Assembly: GCA_030248215.1 (NCBI GenBank)
Contig: JASANG010000443.1
Coordinates: 248,001-312,000, forward strand
Direction of reading: 5' to 3'
Source: Enoplolaimus lenunculus
Taxonomy: Eukaryota
Length of the DNA: 64,000 bases
In this document: in pieces, positions 37,422 through 50,544 of the stretch
Numbering within the stretch: the first letter of the stretch is position 1
Layout: every line of letters begins with the position of its first letter
Translations under genes and position numbers: made by a program
The notes under the pieces: generated by a model
Database searches by the model: none
What the model was told of the DNA's origin: nothing
The model's input: only the letters and a program-made list of their open reading frames with translations

Positions 37422-37780
37422 CTCTCTAAAAGCTTAAACTAACTAGATTAAAGCTTAAGCTAATCCAGCAGTATTAATCTAATTTTATAGATTAAGTAAA
37501 CTAACAGGTTGGTTTTACTCTTAAACTAGTTTAAAATCTTACGCATTTTTAGTTTAATCTAAGCTTAGTGAACCCCCTAGAAGCGCATAATTTCTGACTT
37601 GGAATTGTTACTTAAACCAAAAATAAGTTTACGTATTAAACTCGTGTTTAATTTAAAAACACGATAGTTTAAGTAAACCTTAAAATTCTAGTTTAGTTAG
37701 TCCGTCCAGCCGTTCAAATTTTACTTAAACTGATATTCAAGTTTAGTTAAGCTATAAATTAAGTCTAACTTTTTAGAGAG
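37422..37780. mobile_element. CTCTCTAAAA-TIR MITE (another copy at ~48148-48491 nested in family A with TA duplication; partial near 12400-12925)
   Basis: CTCTCTAAAAGCTTAAAC ... AACTTTTTAGAGAG; reverse complement of the 48148-48491 copy. Confidence 0.7.
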
Positions 37781-38074
37781 TGCATGTGCGTGTATACTAC
37801 ATACCTTTAATAAACCTTTAAACGGCTGGCTAAAAAATTAAAAAGTTTCACAATGAAATATGAGCAGTAAACGGTGCATGGGAATTTTCTTATCTGACGT
37901 TTAGACACAGTGGGTAAAGGTGATTGATGGCATTTTTAGGTGCTTTGTTGTCTGAGCTGTTTAGATTCATCTGTACATGTACACGCTCTGCGGATGCCAA
38001 AAATTTAGAATTTCATGCCATCCTGTGTTTAAAAATTTTCTATTATTTCGACAATTTATTTTGAGATATTTTGA

Positions 38075-38280
38075 GGTTCGATTCACTGAGTTAAAATTTT
38101 AGTGTTTTTTGCTTTGATTCGCTGAGTTGAAATTTTAGTGTTTTTTGCTTTGATTCGATGAGTTGAAATTTTAGTGTTTTTTGTTTTGATTCGCTGAGTT
38201 GAAATTTTAGTGTGTTTTCGCTTTGATTCGCTGAGTTGAAATTTTAGTGTTTTTTGCTTTGATTTTGCTGAGTTGAAATA
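38075..38280. repeat. ~36-bp minisatellite, 5-6 copies
   Basis: Unit GATTCGCTGAGTTGAAATTTTAGTGTTTTTTGCTTT. Confidence 0.85.
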
Positions 38281-40380
38281 TTAATCTTTGAACTGAAGTT
38301 TGATTCACACGACAAACCGTTGTGCTATATTTAAATCTCGGGTATTCTCAAACGAATACAAAACTTTTTCGGCAGCTGCAGGATAGGTTTTCGATCTTTA
38401 CCATGATTAGGAAATTCTTGACTTCTTGTACTGTATATCCCAGTGAGATGATTTTAACTCAGAGTGACTTCAATCTCTCAAACTGTCAGTTAGGACTTTC
38501 AGTATTCAGAATTCTGAGTTCATAAAACTCATTCTGAGATAATTAACTCAACTCGAACTGAGAATTAACTCAATTCAGATTGAGTTAACATCTACTGTTA
38601 TTAACTCAGAAATAACTAATCGAATAAGAGGGGGACTGATATTTATTTGGCCTCTCCAGAGGTTACCCCCTTGTTATTCGGTTATGGACTGTTATTTATT
38701 TTTAACCCAAGCTCCACCGCCCTTCGTTACTGATGTATTTCCGGTACTGCAATTATTCGTTGAATTAAACGTTTATTTGTCTTGTGTCAATAGCTTGAGC
38801 GATAGTACAAGGTTATACTTAGGAATGTAATTTCAAAATTTAAGTACGTTTTAAAGTTTTGAACACAAATTATTTGGTTCTGGAGTCATGTATACGCTAC
38901 AGTTAGGGTTATATAATTGACATTTATGGACTCTAATAAGGGTTTAGGAACTCTATCCGCTTACGGACTCTTATTTACATTTGAGACTAAAATCATCCAC
39001 TGTCCGTAGCAGCAATTAATTGCATTGGTCCGTGCTACACCCTGTAAATTTCAGTCAGTTGATTTCAACTCAGAATGAGTTGAATCCACTCAGACGCCTA
39101 AGCTCTTAATTAGGTCTTTCACAATTCAGAATTCTGGGATGGATTGAACTCATTCTGAGTATTAATTAATCAACTCACTCGGAATTAAATACGCTCAGAG
39201 GGAATTAACATTTACCGTTATTAACTCAGGAATAACCAGAAATAAACTAATTCTTTCTCTGAGTTGATTATTCGACTCACTGGAATTTTACACATGCCTT
39301 TATAAGTGTCACACCCGTGTTCACAATGGCGTTCACACGAAATTTTAACTGGAAAACACTGTGGAATGTTTAGGCTCCTACAAATACGAAAATTTTAGGC
39401 CACACAACGTCACGTTATAGAAACAAACTCAATTCGTGTAGTGCCAAAAAGCCTGTTTCAGAGACAGTCAATTTGACTCACCATTTTTTGCAGTGTAGAG
39501 ATCCTAACAATAATTTCTCGTAGGGTGAATGCCGGGGTAATGTTGAATATTCCTATACAACATGACATCCTTGTTTTCCTTATATTTTTATCTTCGACTG
39601 TAAGTGACTGAATGATATTTTAAGCTTTAATCGAATCAAAGTTTTATTTTAATTTGACATTTTTTGATGTATTGTTTTTCTTGTTTTTGACCATTTAGGC
39701 GTATATTTTACGGTATTTCCAAATAGAACGAGGAAAATATATAGGGCGCGGTCCAACGTCATCAAATATACGGTGGAGCCTTGTTACCAAGGTGTCGTTT
39801 CCGCCTGTCCTTTCAAAATTTAGCCAGTTTTTAGGTCCAATAGCCACCCATTATTATCATATATTTTTGCTTTAATATTAAAACAGTCACAGCATAAAAC
39901 AATCGAGGTCCATGTTACTTTGAGGGCCGACCTGTTTTTTTCGCAGGACTATAGTAAGCTTAAGCTTTAGACTAATTTTTTTTGCTTAGACTTATACGTT
40001 TTATTATCTTTGGCGTATTAGGCTTGAGAGCATTGGCCTATCCTTATAAGCTGATGTTTAGGTTTAAGCGTAAAAGTATGCTTATATGTTTACGCCCCTC
40101 AAAGTAACATTGGCCAAAGAATCAATATCGCAAATCTCGTTTTTCCGTTCTGTATATCGAATCTAATATACAAAATGTTCTGAGACAACACCATTAATTA
40201 TGTATAAGGATACGGCATTAAAGGTTCGTGTTCTTATTTTGACCAGAATCGTAGCTATAGGATTTCAGTTTGGCAGGGCATAAACCTTTTGTTAAAGTTG
40301 GTTTACGACCAAAAGATTTTTCGACTTCTAAGATCCTGGGGGGTTATTCTAAAGCCTGTGAAAAGTATTTTTCTGGTAAA

Positions 40381-40627
40381 CCCTTTCTCACATGAATATT
40401 TTCTATTTCCCCTGAGACCTACTTTTGTACTAGGATTCGAACTCCAGTGACTGGTGCGGGAGGCGTTTACCATAACCACTCAGCTATAGGAGCTTGTCGC
40501 TCGAGCCCGAGGGGACTGTCACGTCTTGTGGTGATTTAGTACTATGTATACGTGTTGCAATTGTTAAACACTGTGCGATATATATTATTTAACGTATATC
40601 CCAAAGTCAACTATATGTGAGAAGGGG
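40381..40627. mobile_element. CCC...GGG TIR element (piggyBac-like) carrying a tRNA-like Pol III cassette
   Basis: TAAA-CCCTTTCTCACAT ... ATGTGAGAAGGGG-TTAG; internal A/B boxes on the minus strand; homologous to 61018-61284. Confidence 0.55.
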
Positions 40628-41086
40628 TTAGACTAAAAATTTGTGGGGTGATATATCCTGTTGCTTGGTTTTGTTTACACCCGGATATTGGTCTTTTACA
40701 CGAGCTGTAGCTGTACAAACATTCGAAACTGGGCCATACCAGGCTAGCGTCATGTCTATAGGACTGGTAAATCTTAGGGAGCGGAAACCCCACCCCGGCC
40801 TAGCCCCCCAACAGGGATAGAACAAATATTTTGTAATAAGGTTGAGAGGACTAAAATGGCGTTCAGATTCTCGCTCGCTTCGCTCGTGAGTTTGTTTTCA
40901 ACTATTTGTGTGTCCTGTGGGACAGGCCGCCCCACGATTGCCAAAAATAGCCTAAAAATAACACAAAACGAACTTGTCTCGGTTTTAAGAACTTGTTAGG
41001 CTCAAAAGTATTAGCTGAAAAGCTCTTGTCACCCGTACGGCGCCGTCCGTCATCATACGTTATCGTACTTGAGTTTTATTTGCGTA

Positions 41087-41339
41087 CACTGTAAATTTCA
41101 GTGAGTTGATTTTAACTCAGAATGAGCTGAATCACTGTAGTCTGAGTTAGGACTATCAGAATTCAGAATCTTGAGTTGATTAAATTCATTCTGAGTTAAT
41201 TAACCAACTCACCGAGAGTCAACTCAACTCAGGGTGAGAATCAACTCAACTCAGAACGAGTTAATGTATACTGATATTAATTCAGAATTAACCAACTCGC
41301 TAGCTGAAGTGATTAATCAACTTATTGCAATTTACAGTG
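41087..41339. mobile_element. Family B MITE nested in an AAGTATAGCGCAACC-ended element
   Basis: TA-CACTGTAAATTTCAG ... ATTTACAGTG-TA; flanks match the 31625-31840 palindromic element. Confidence 0.8.
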
Positions 41340-43527
41340 TACGATACCGTACGATGACAAACGGCACCGCAAGTCAAAAAAGTATAGCGCAACCCTAAAA
41401 GCAGAAATCAAAAGAAAACAGATATTATAATTACATAACAATATATAAAAGCTCAATATAAAAATCGTTGAAATGCTACTAAATTTCTGTTATATATCTG
41501 ATATTTTCGTGGGACAGGTGTGGCGCACGGTTTTTTTCGTGGGGCCCCATGGAACGGCTAGAAAAAGTGTCCCCGTGTATAGCCGCAGGCTGAGGTTGCC
41601 ACGCTACACACTCTATCGGCGGGTCTGTATATATGTATGCGATCCTAAGAATTAGTACGATTTTTGACCCGAACCTTAATATATTTACATGTTTGTTAGC
41701 TTATAAATGTTTAATTCGTTGCTGCTGCTGTCTAAAAACACAATAAATAGATTTTCGCTGTTTTTAATTAGCAAAATGATTTCCAAAAAGCATACAGTAG
41801 GGCACGGTTAAAATCCGGAAATGTGTTCCGGTTTTTAGACAGCGCCTGATCCACGATTGCACAACGACACTCAACAGTGTAAATTCTGATGAGTTGATTA
41901 ATTAACTTGCTCACACAGCGACAATTATTTATTTCTGGTTATTTCTGAACTAAATAACAGTAAACATTATTTCATTTCTGAGCTAATTTCATTCTGGGTG
42001 AGTTGATTAACTCAGAATGAGCTCAATAATTTCAGAATTCGGAGTTCTTAAAGACCTAACCCAGAGTTGACACTTCTGAGTGGATTCAACTGATTCTGAG
42101 TTAAAATCAACGCACTGAAGTTTACAGTGCAAGGCTAACTTTTTATTGTGATACTTAAAATATCATTATTTGTCCGGTTCTAACCTCGTTTCGCTCGCGA
42201 ATTTTTCAAAATACTACGTTTGTTTCGGTTTCCAAATGTGGCCCATCTATAAAACAGGCCGGATCGTTTTCCGCAGGGGCTGTAGTAGAGTGAGTTTAAT
42301 AAGCTTTAGACTCAATTTTTTTTTGCTTAGTATTACGCTTAGTAATAGGCTCATCCTTACGCTTAGGCTTATTTGTATTCTTACGCTTAGGAATATGCTT
42401 ATACTACTGTTCCGGCCTTGTTCTATTATGGGACCCAGCTGTCAATCTAACCCACTTCCAGTGTATATTTCAACGTTGTACTTTCTGGCCAAGCATTCCT
42501 CAACCCCATACCTTGTTTATAGCACTACATCGGTCTGTAGGCCAAAATCATATTTCTAACAAGCAGTCGCGGTTCTTTGAAAAGTCAAATTTAGCCAAAA
42601 CCTATTTTTATGGCCCAATTATACGCGCCGTACCAAAACTAAGGCGTGCTAAGAACCTGTGGTCATTATGAGAATATTAGTTTTCTACGCGAGTCCGTAA
42701 ACAGAGGGGGCTGGGTGTTTACTCAGCCCCTCTCCCGTGAGAAACTTTTATCGTCCCCACGGAGAAAACGCTCAGCCTCGCTTGTAAGTCATCGAAACCC
42801 TTGTATATGCGTGTCACCCCAGAATGATGAGCTGTCTTCGACGAGACGCAGCCATCTCATTATTTTTACGGGGTCAAGTGATTTAAACTGAGACATGAGG
42901 TGTGGAATCTGCCAAACATGGAGGGTAAAACTTTTTCAAAGGACAAAAATTGTCGAAGAGGGCCGAGTCTATTGGCCATTCTACTCAACTACAGTCTTGC
43001 TACAACTACGCTTCCAGTTCATCCGGATATAGGCCGGGAGACGGCGTTTTTTTCCGTTAGTCGGCACAGCTCGCGTTTACCCAAAACTCGTTAGACTTAC
43101 AAATATTTGCATATTTAAGATTCTCATGAACAGCCGTGAGCATTCCACGCCCAAATTTGCATTTTTGAAAAATTCGAAAAAACTTTTTGACAATAGAATG
43201 TTTTTGGGTTCGAAGGGAGGTGGGAACTTGGGCCTTAAAAATCTAATTTTTCAAAAATTTCAATTTGGGCGCCTATAGGATCTCAGAGGACGCCATGAGA
43301 AGCTCAAATATGCAAAACGTTTCAAAATAGAACCATTTTTGGGCAAATGCGGGCTAGGGTTGGATAACAGAAAAATACCCGAGAGACCCACGAATAGTGC
43401 GATTAGTGCCCGGCCGTAAAATGTATTTTAGGGGTTCTTTTCAACATCAAGCGTAAGAAACTCATGCACTGTCAGGGTCTGCTTCAGAATAGTCGGCCCC
43501 CCCAAACAGGTCCGAGGGTCTGCTTTA

Positions 43528-43847
43528 TAGGATAGTCAGCCCCCCAAACAGATCCGAGGCGGACCCCACGGTAATGTTTCATAACTTCGTAGTCTGCAAA
43601 AAAACTGTTTAGCTTGCCAATATCGTGGGTGCCCTCCAAATGGTCTGGGCCCCAAATTGGGTAGTTTGGAGGGGGCGCTTCCGCTTTATAGGATAATCAG
43701 CCCCCCAAACAGATCCGAGGCGGACCCCACGGTAATGTTTCATAACTTCGTGGTCTGCAAAAAAACTTTTTAGCTTGCCAATATGGCGGGTGCCCTCCAA
43801 ATGGTCTGGGGCCCCAAATTGGGAGGTTTGGAGGGGGTCGCTTCCGC
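43528..43847. repeat. ~160-bp tandem duplication
   Basis: GGATA(G/A)TCAGCCCCCCAAACAGATCCGAGGCGGACCCC...CGCTTCCGC occurs twice. Confidence 0.8.
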
Positions 43848-44158
43848 CGGCACTGCGCACTGACATTATGGAACATTCGGCTCAGGTTGCATAAGATATG
43901 ACTCAATATAGAGGTCGTTTTCTTGACCTAGCGTATAATATAAGCTCGCGGTTGCTTAGGTCTTATTGTACCCTTTAAGTTGAATTGCTTGAAAACGGCT
44001 TTACCGCGAACACGTCATCGATACTTATTCTTAGCCTGGTATATTTAATGAGATAATTTCGTTTTTTAGTTATGGACTCTAAGAACGGATAATAATACGT
44101 ATTTAAGTGTTCATATATCAAACTGGAAGATTTCACTTAGGCAGGTATTAGAAACCGC

Positions 44159-44341
44159 GGCCAATGTAAAGAACAGGGGCGGAACAGTGTTATAAAGCGT
44201 AATCCTAAGCCTAAGCCTAAGCGTAAGATTGAGCATTTTCCTAAGCCTAAGCCTAAGCGTAAAAGCCAAGCAAAAGAAATTAGTCCTTACTCTATTGCAG
44301 TCCCACAGAAAAACGTTCCGCCCCTGATCTTTACATGGGCC
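44159..44341. mobile_element. Family A MITE
   Basis: GGCC termini; degenerate TSD GAAACCGC/GAAAATGC. Confidence 0.8.
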
Positions 44342-44543
44342 GAAAATGCTTAGCGGCTTAGGTATGAATTGTGGTTTACAATTCTAACGTAGAATGGAGC
44401 TTACTGTATAGCGTGCGAGACATGCTTGTCATGGTGAATATGCAATATACGCAATGCAGATTTTATACTATGCTTGCCGGCAACATACGGCCGACACATA
44501 TAGTCGATCAAAAACGTAGAGAAGCGGGCCGCATGGCGAAATG

Positions 44544-44795
44544 CACTGTAAATTTCAGTGAGTTGATTTTAACTCAGAATGAGCTGAATCCACTCAGAAG
44601 TGTGAGCTCTGAATTAGGTCTTTCAGAACTCAGAATTCTGAATTGGTTTAACTCATTCTGAGTTAATTGATCAACTAACCCAAAATTAAATCAGCTCAGA
44701 GTGAGTTAATGTTTACTGTTATTAACTCAGAAATAACCAGAAATAACTAATTCGCTATCTGAGTTGATTAATCAACTCATAGAAATTTTATAGTG
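44544..44795. mobile_element. Family B MITE splitting a tRNA-like sequence
   Basis: TG-CACTG ... ATAGTG-TG. Joined flanks read GGGCCGCATGGCGAAATG-ATAGAACGCTTACCTCGGAA...AGTTCGATCC. Confidence 0.75.
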
Positions 44796-45634
44796 TGATA
44801 GAACGCTTACCTCGGAATCATACGACCGCTAGTTCGATCCTCGCTCTGTAGGTTGGCTTTTCCTTCTGCTTAAAGGGTCTGAATCCTCCGTTCCTGCCTA
44901 GACTGACACATGCAAACGGATACATTGCCCATTGCTGAAATTCATAGAGGAATATTAACTCACTCTAAGCTTATTTAATTCCGGGAAAGTTGATTAATTA
45001 ACTCAGAACGAGCCAATCCAATTCAGAATTCTGAGTTCAGAAAGACGTAGTTCAGAGCTCACGTTTCTGAGTGAATTCAACTCATTCTGAGTTTATTAAA
45101 ATCAACTCACTTGAATTTACAGTGCAGCTCATAAAAGCGAATCTGTTTTAGATATTTTATAAATTTACTGACTACCGCATTATTGTTAAATTGGTACCCC
45201 GAGACATAAACTGGTTATATGGTTAACATGGCATCCAAACGGTCTCAAAAATGGGCCCTATTACAGATTCAAGAAAAGTTTAGTGATACCCATACGAAAT
45301 GACGTTTTGGAGACGCCATTGTTCACATCGTTAACCCTTAGAGAGTCGATATTAATGCTATCAAGAGTTGATACACTGTAAATTTCAGTGAGTTAATTTT
45401 AACTCAGAATGAGTTGAATCACTCAGTCTGAGTTAGGACTATCAGAACTCAGAATTTGTAGTTGATTGAATTCATTCAGAGTTAATTAATCAACTCACCC
45501 AGAGTCAACTTAACTCAGAGTGATAATCAACGCAACTCAGAGTGAGCTAAAGTTTACTGTTATTAACTCAGAAATAATCAACTTGCGAGCTGAATTGGTT
45601 AATCAACTCATTGAAATTTAGAGTGTATTTATAC

Positions 45635-46576
45635 CAAGAGTGTATAACGGAGAGTATGACACTTCTCGATCTATACACATATATTGCGTGATATTACGCG
45701 GATCTTAATAGATGTTACCGCACCCTTGATTGAGGGGGTACTTAACTACAACTGCAAGTTAACACTCGCAAAATACATCTATGCATGTTTAGGGCAGACC
45801 TCTTTTCATCTAATACGCAATTTTGTTTAATGCAAAGCCGTACAGAACCCCCCCTCAATCAATGGGGGGGGTTAGACAAAGTAAGGTCCGCGTGATACTA
45901 CATCACGCTAACACGTGTTGTATGCATAGTGTCACACTCTTCCTATATTATACACTATTGATAATACCAAGAGTGGGTAATCGCTAACAAGAGTTGTGTA
46001 ACTGGGCACATTCTGTGTAGAAAAGAATGTACCAGGCACGTGTTGCGTTTTTGCCCTACCCCCACGTTTATTTAGAGGGGGGTACAACCGGTGCGACCCA
46101 TGTCACTTTATGTATGTGGCGTCCAACATGTTCCCCTTATAGTTTAATTTAGGGGCATTCATGTGATAGCGACCCCGCTCTAAACAAGAGGGGAGTCGAC
46201 CAAAAACGCAACACCCGGTGGAACATTTTGTAGCATGCGGGACGCCAAGAGTTGCACAATCTTGTCATTATCCACTCTTGATAATACTCAAAGACAAGAG
46301 TATGCAATAGCGGGTCATGCATTGGACAAAATGTACCAGGACGCGTTGCGTTTTCGTCGTACCCCTCTTATTTGGCGCTGGAGTCGATATTATCGAAAGT
46401 ATGCAATATAGATTGCGTTTAAAAGTATAATCGTGGCAGCCAACAAAATGTTTAACAGTTCAAGTGAAGACAATCGTTCAATTGCACCACCCCCCAAATA
46501 AGGGGGGTATACCAAAAAGGCAACGTGCGTTGGATATATTTTTTCTACACAGAATGTACCCAGTTGCATACTCTTG
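45635..46576. mobile_element. Cluster of CAAGAG...CTCTTG TIR elements (P/Galileo-like)
   Basis: Elements at 45635-45960, 45968-46280 (7-bp TSD ATAATAC at 45961-45967 and 46281-46287) and 46295-46576. Confidence 0.6.
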
Positions 46577-47135
46577 TTCAAGTTATGTGCTCTTGATTCG
46601 ATTAAATTGCTGTCTTGGCAGGTTGACTTGTTCATTGCGTATATTATATATTTAAATATTGTAACCCAAATTTCAAAATGATTTTCACTGAAGTCGCTTC
46701 AGAGCGTGTACTGAACATTTGTCTACCGAACCAAAGTTTTATTTTCAGTATTTTTTGACTTAAAATTGAATTTTAAACTCAAAATTTGAACTCAGAGTAC
46801 TCGACAGACATGAACTTGCTTGCTGATGTCAATTAAGCCTTGTGCGTAGACAGGTTTACACTGCATATTCGTGTAAAAATTGCTCAACACTGCGCATTGT
46901 GTATTAATAATTTAAGGTTAAACAGTTTACACTGACAGTTGCTCATGAATGTCTGTGGGGGAAGAATTTTAAGCAGTCAACGATTCTACGGAATAAGTCG
47001 TGATCGTAAACACCTTCAAGCTGAGAGAACGAGCTGGTTTGAAACCCGGGTTGAAACCGGATTTGAGATAAAATAGAAAATATTCAAACGGAACAGGGTC
47101 AAAATGCATCCGTAACGAAGTTCTTCTGCCATATG

Positions 47136-47386
47136 CACTGTAAATTTCAGTGAGTTAATTTTAACTCAAAATGAGTTGAATCACTCAGGCTGAGTTAGGA
47201 CTTTCAAACTCAGAAAGTTGAGTTAATTCAAATCATTCTGAGTTAATTAACCAACTCACCCCGAGTCAACTCAACTCAGAGTGAGAATCAAATCAACTCA
47301 GAGTAAGTTAATGTTTACTGATATTAATTCAGAAATAACCAACTCGCCAGCTGAATTGATTAATCAACTCATTGGAATTTACAGTG
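47136..47386. mobile_element. Family B MITE
   Basis: TG-CACTGTAAATTTC ... AATTTACAGTG-TG. Confidence 0.8.
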
Positions 47387-50293
47387 TGGATACTTGGACG
47401 GATCCTCTCTAATTGACAACCCCAACTGTATAGATGATTTATCCGGGCCCGTAGCCAAGAAGGGGCCAGGGAGGCTCAGCCTCCCTTGAAATATTTTAGC
47501 CCCCATAGAAAATTTTCAACTTTCCTTGCAAGACAATAAAAACCTTTAAATGCCCCCTGAAAAATTTTTAGCCCCACACCCCCCCCAACAAGGTGAGCTG
47601 GCTACGCGCCTGCGTTTAACTTGAGGCTAACGGGTTTTGCTATCCTATTGTCGGTTAGTTTTTGTTTTATAGCGACAGATCAAAAAGTTTCTATGCCGAT
47701 ATTATCAGTTTTCTCGTTCAATACGTCAATGAAGTACGATTTTGTAAGCTTCTGGGTTCGCTTCGACAACACAAGTTTGCCTTGCAAATTGGTTTTTATG
47801 TCAATAGATATTCTTTTATGTGCCGATATTATACATATATATAATATATATTATATATTATATATATCTGTATATATAAAATATATAATATATATTATAT
47901 ATTTTATATATATATATATATTAGTTAAGTCTCGACTTTTGTCAAATCGACACCGACGGAGGTCGAAAAACGGGGCCATGGTTCGTCTGGACATTAAAAT
48001 CGTAGGTTCTTGTATGGTTAAGAAAAACCTTAACCAACTTCTTCACCGTGGCTTATTAAGCCTTTGCCTAAGCCTTGTGTATGCCAGGCCTAAGTCTGTG
48101 TGTGCTGTGCATAAAGGGCCAATGTTACTTTTAGGGAAGTAACAGTACTCTCTAAAAACTTAAGCTTAAATTATAGCTGAACTAAACTTGAATATCGGTT
48201 TAAGTAAAACTTAAACGGCTGGACGGACCAACTAAACTAGAATTTAAAGTTTCACTTAAGCTAACGTGTTTTTAAGTTTAACACGAGATTAAGTAAACTT
48301 ATTTTTAGATTAAGTAACAAGTACAGCGGTGTATTTAAGAGTTCATTAAGTTTAGCTTAAACTGAAAATATGTAACATTTTAAATGAGTTTAAGCGTAAA
48401 CCTACCAGTTAGTTTAGTTAATCTTGAAAGATAGTTTAATACTGGTGGATTAGCTTAAGCTTAAATCAAGTTAGTTTAAGCTTTTAGAGAGTAGATTAGG
48501 CGTATTCCTAAAGCCTACGCGTAAGCCTAAGCGTTGCAAAAAATGTGTTTGCAAGCCTAAGCCCAAGCCTACGCCTAAGCCTAAGCCTAAGCAAAAAATG
48601 TACATTATCTAGAATCTAAACCTACACTTTTGTAGACAAACCAGAAACCTGGACGGCCCTTAAAGTAACATGGGCCAATCTAAGCATTAAATTAACCTTA
48701 AAAAGGAGATATGTGCACGAGAATAAATCTAGTCCATAACCAAGTTTATCAAATGACCGTAAATATATATAGATCCCGGCGCGCTAGCGGATCCTGAGTC
48801 GGGCGGATGTAGTGTACGGCACTTAGAAAAATTTTTGTGATAAAATGATAAGGTGCCTACCTCGCAATTTTACCCCTCAGAAAATTGGCCAAATATAGCA
48901 TACTGCAAGTTGCGTTGTATGACTTTTGCCAGTCCAGCCTCCGGCAGAAATTTCTTATCCACCGCTGTCCCGGCGCTACTTCTATACGAGCCCATAGCCA
49001 GATGGACTACATGGGTGATGAGCGCCCTTGGAAGACTTTTGATCCACCTAGAAAATTTGTAACCTTGCTTGTAAGTCAGAGCAAACCTTTGCATGCCCTT
49101 TTTCAAAAATGTTTAGTTCCCCTGTCACGGGGAACGGGCTACGGGATTTATTCTGTAAAAATTTTGACCGCAAACATGCTTCAGAATGCAGTAGACATTA
49201 ATAAACACAGTATTTTGGACACTGCAAAAAATGGTGAGTCAAATTGACTCTCTCCGAAATAGGGTCTACGGGACTACACAAACTGAGTCAAATTCGACTC
49301 CGCCAGAGTCATACATGCGATTCAGTGAGTCGAATCTGGCGCTGACGGAGTCGAATTTGACTCAGATTGTGTAGTCCCGTAGAATCTATTTCGGAGATGC
49401 AATTTGACTCAACATTTTTTGCAGCGTACGAGTTTCAAGGCTTTTCCTGACTACACAAACTGAGTCAACCTCGACTCCGCCGGAGTCAAACGTGCGACTC
49501 AGGGAGTTGAATTTGACTACTGGCGGAGTCGAATTTGACTCAGTTTGTGTAGTCAGGAAAAGCCTGTTTCCGAGAGAGTCAATTTGACTCACCATTTTTT
49601 GCAGTGTATTTTCCAGTTATTTTTTCATCGAACGACTAGAAAAAACATTCGGAGTTTCAGATGATCCATTTTCAGCTCAAAAATTTTCACCATATCAGAG
49701 AGCTAATTGATGGCGTCTACATTCAAAATCTTTAATCTGTTCCCTCATTTTTGGCAAATTTATTGCTTCAAAATATAGCTATATTGTAATATATTTATGC
49801 TCTCATTAAGAAATATATACATATATACTATATATACTGTTGCGGATCCAGGATCTCAAAATGGGGGGCCAAAATTTCACAGGTAATAAACTTACTTTTG
49901 ACCCATACACAAACCACGAACTATTGTCACAAAATTGCTATATGATTTTTGTCTCGAGATGCTGTTGGGGGGGGGCACGGCCGGGGTGCCCCCCATGGAT
50001 CCGCCATTGTATATATATTATATATAGTGTAACATGATATTTTACATGTCCTTCTTTTTTAGGTTCGGTACCAGCTTTTGATCAAGGTTTATTCAGCGTT
50101 TTGCATTTCTGCTGAAATTGAATATAAGCTAGGCTGTGTTCCTAGATATTACAGGTTCATAGGAAGCAGGTACCCACCCGATGTATACAATGGATATGCC
50201 GCATGTAGGGCGTCCAGTTACAGAGTAAATCCTGAACAAATTCGTGGCTTTTTGAAGTTCGCTTAGGCTTAGAACAACATAGATTCGTGCTTA

Positions 50294-50544
50294 CACTGTA
50301 AAGTTCAATGAGTTGATTAATTAACTCAGAGTGATAATTAGTTATTTCTGGTTATTTCTGAGTTAATAACAGCAAATAATAATTCAGTCTGAGCTGATTT
50401 AATTCTGGGTGAATTGATTAATTAACTCATAATGAGTTCAGTCAATTCAGAATGGTGAGTTCTGAAAGACCTAATTCAGAGCTCAGGCTTCTGAATGGAT
50501 TCAACTCACTCTGAGTTAAAATCAACTCACTGGAATTTACAGTG
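50294..50544. mobile_element. Family B MITE
   Basis: TA-CACTGTAAAG ... AATTTACAGTG-TA. Confidence 0.8.

Noticed and set aside
47621..48142. 173-aa ORF
   Set aside because: It depends on an (AT)n-rich tract, starts at a non-ATG codon, and has no recognisable motifs.
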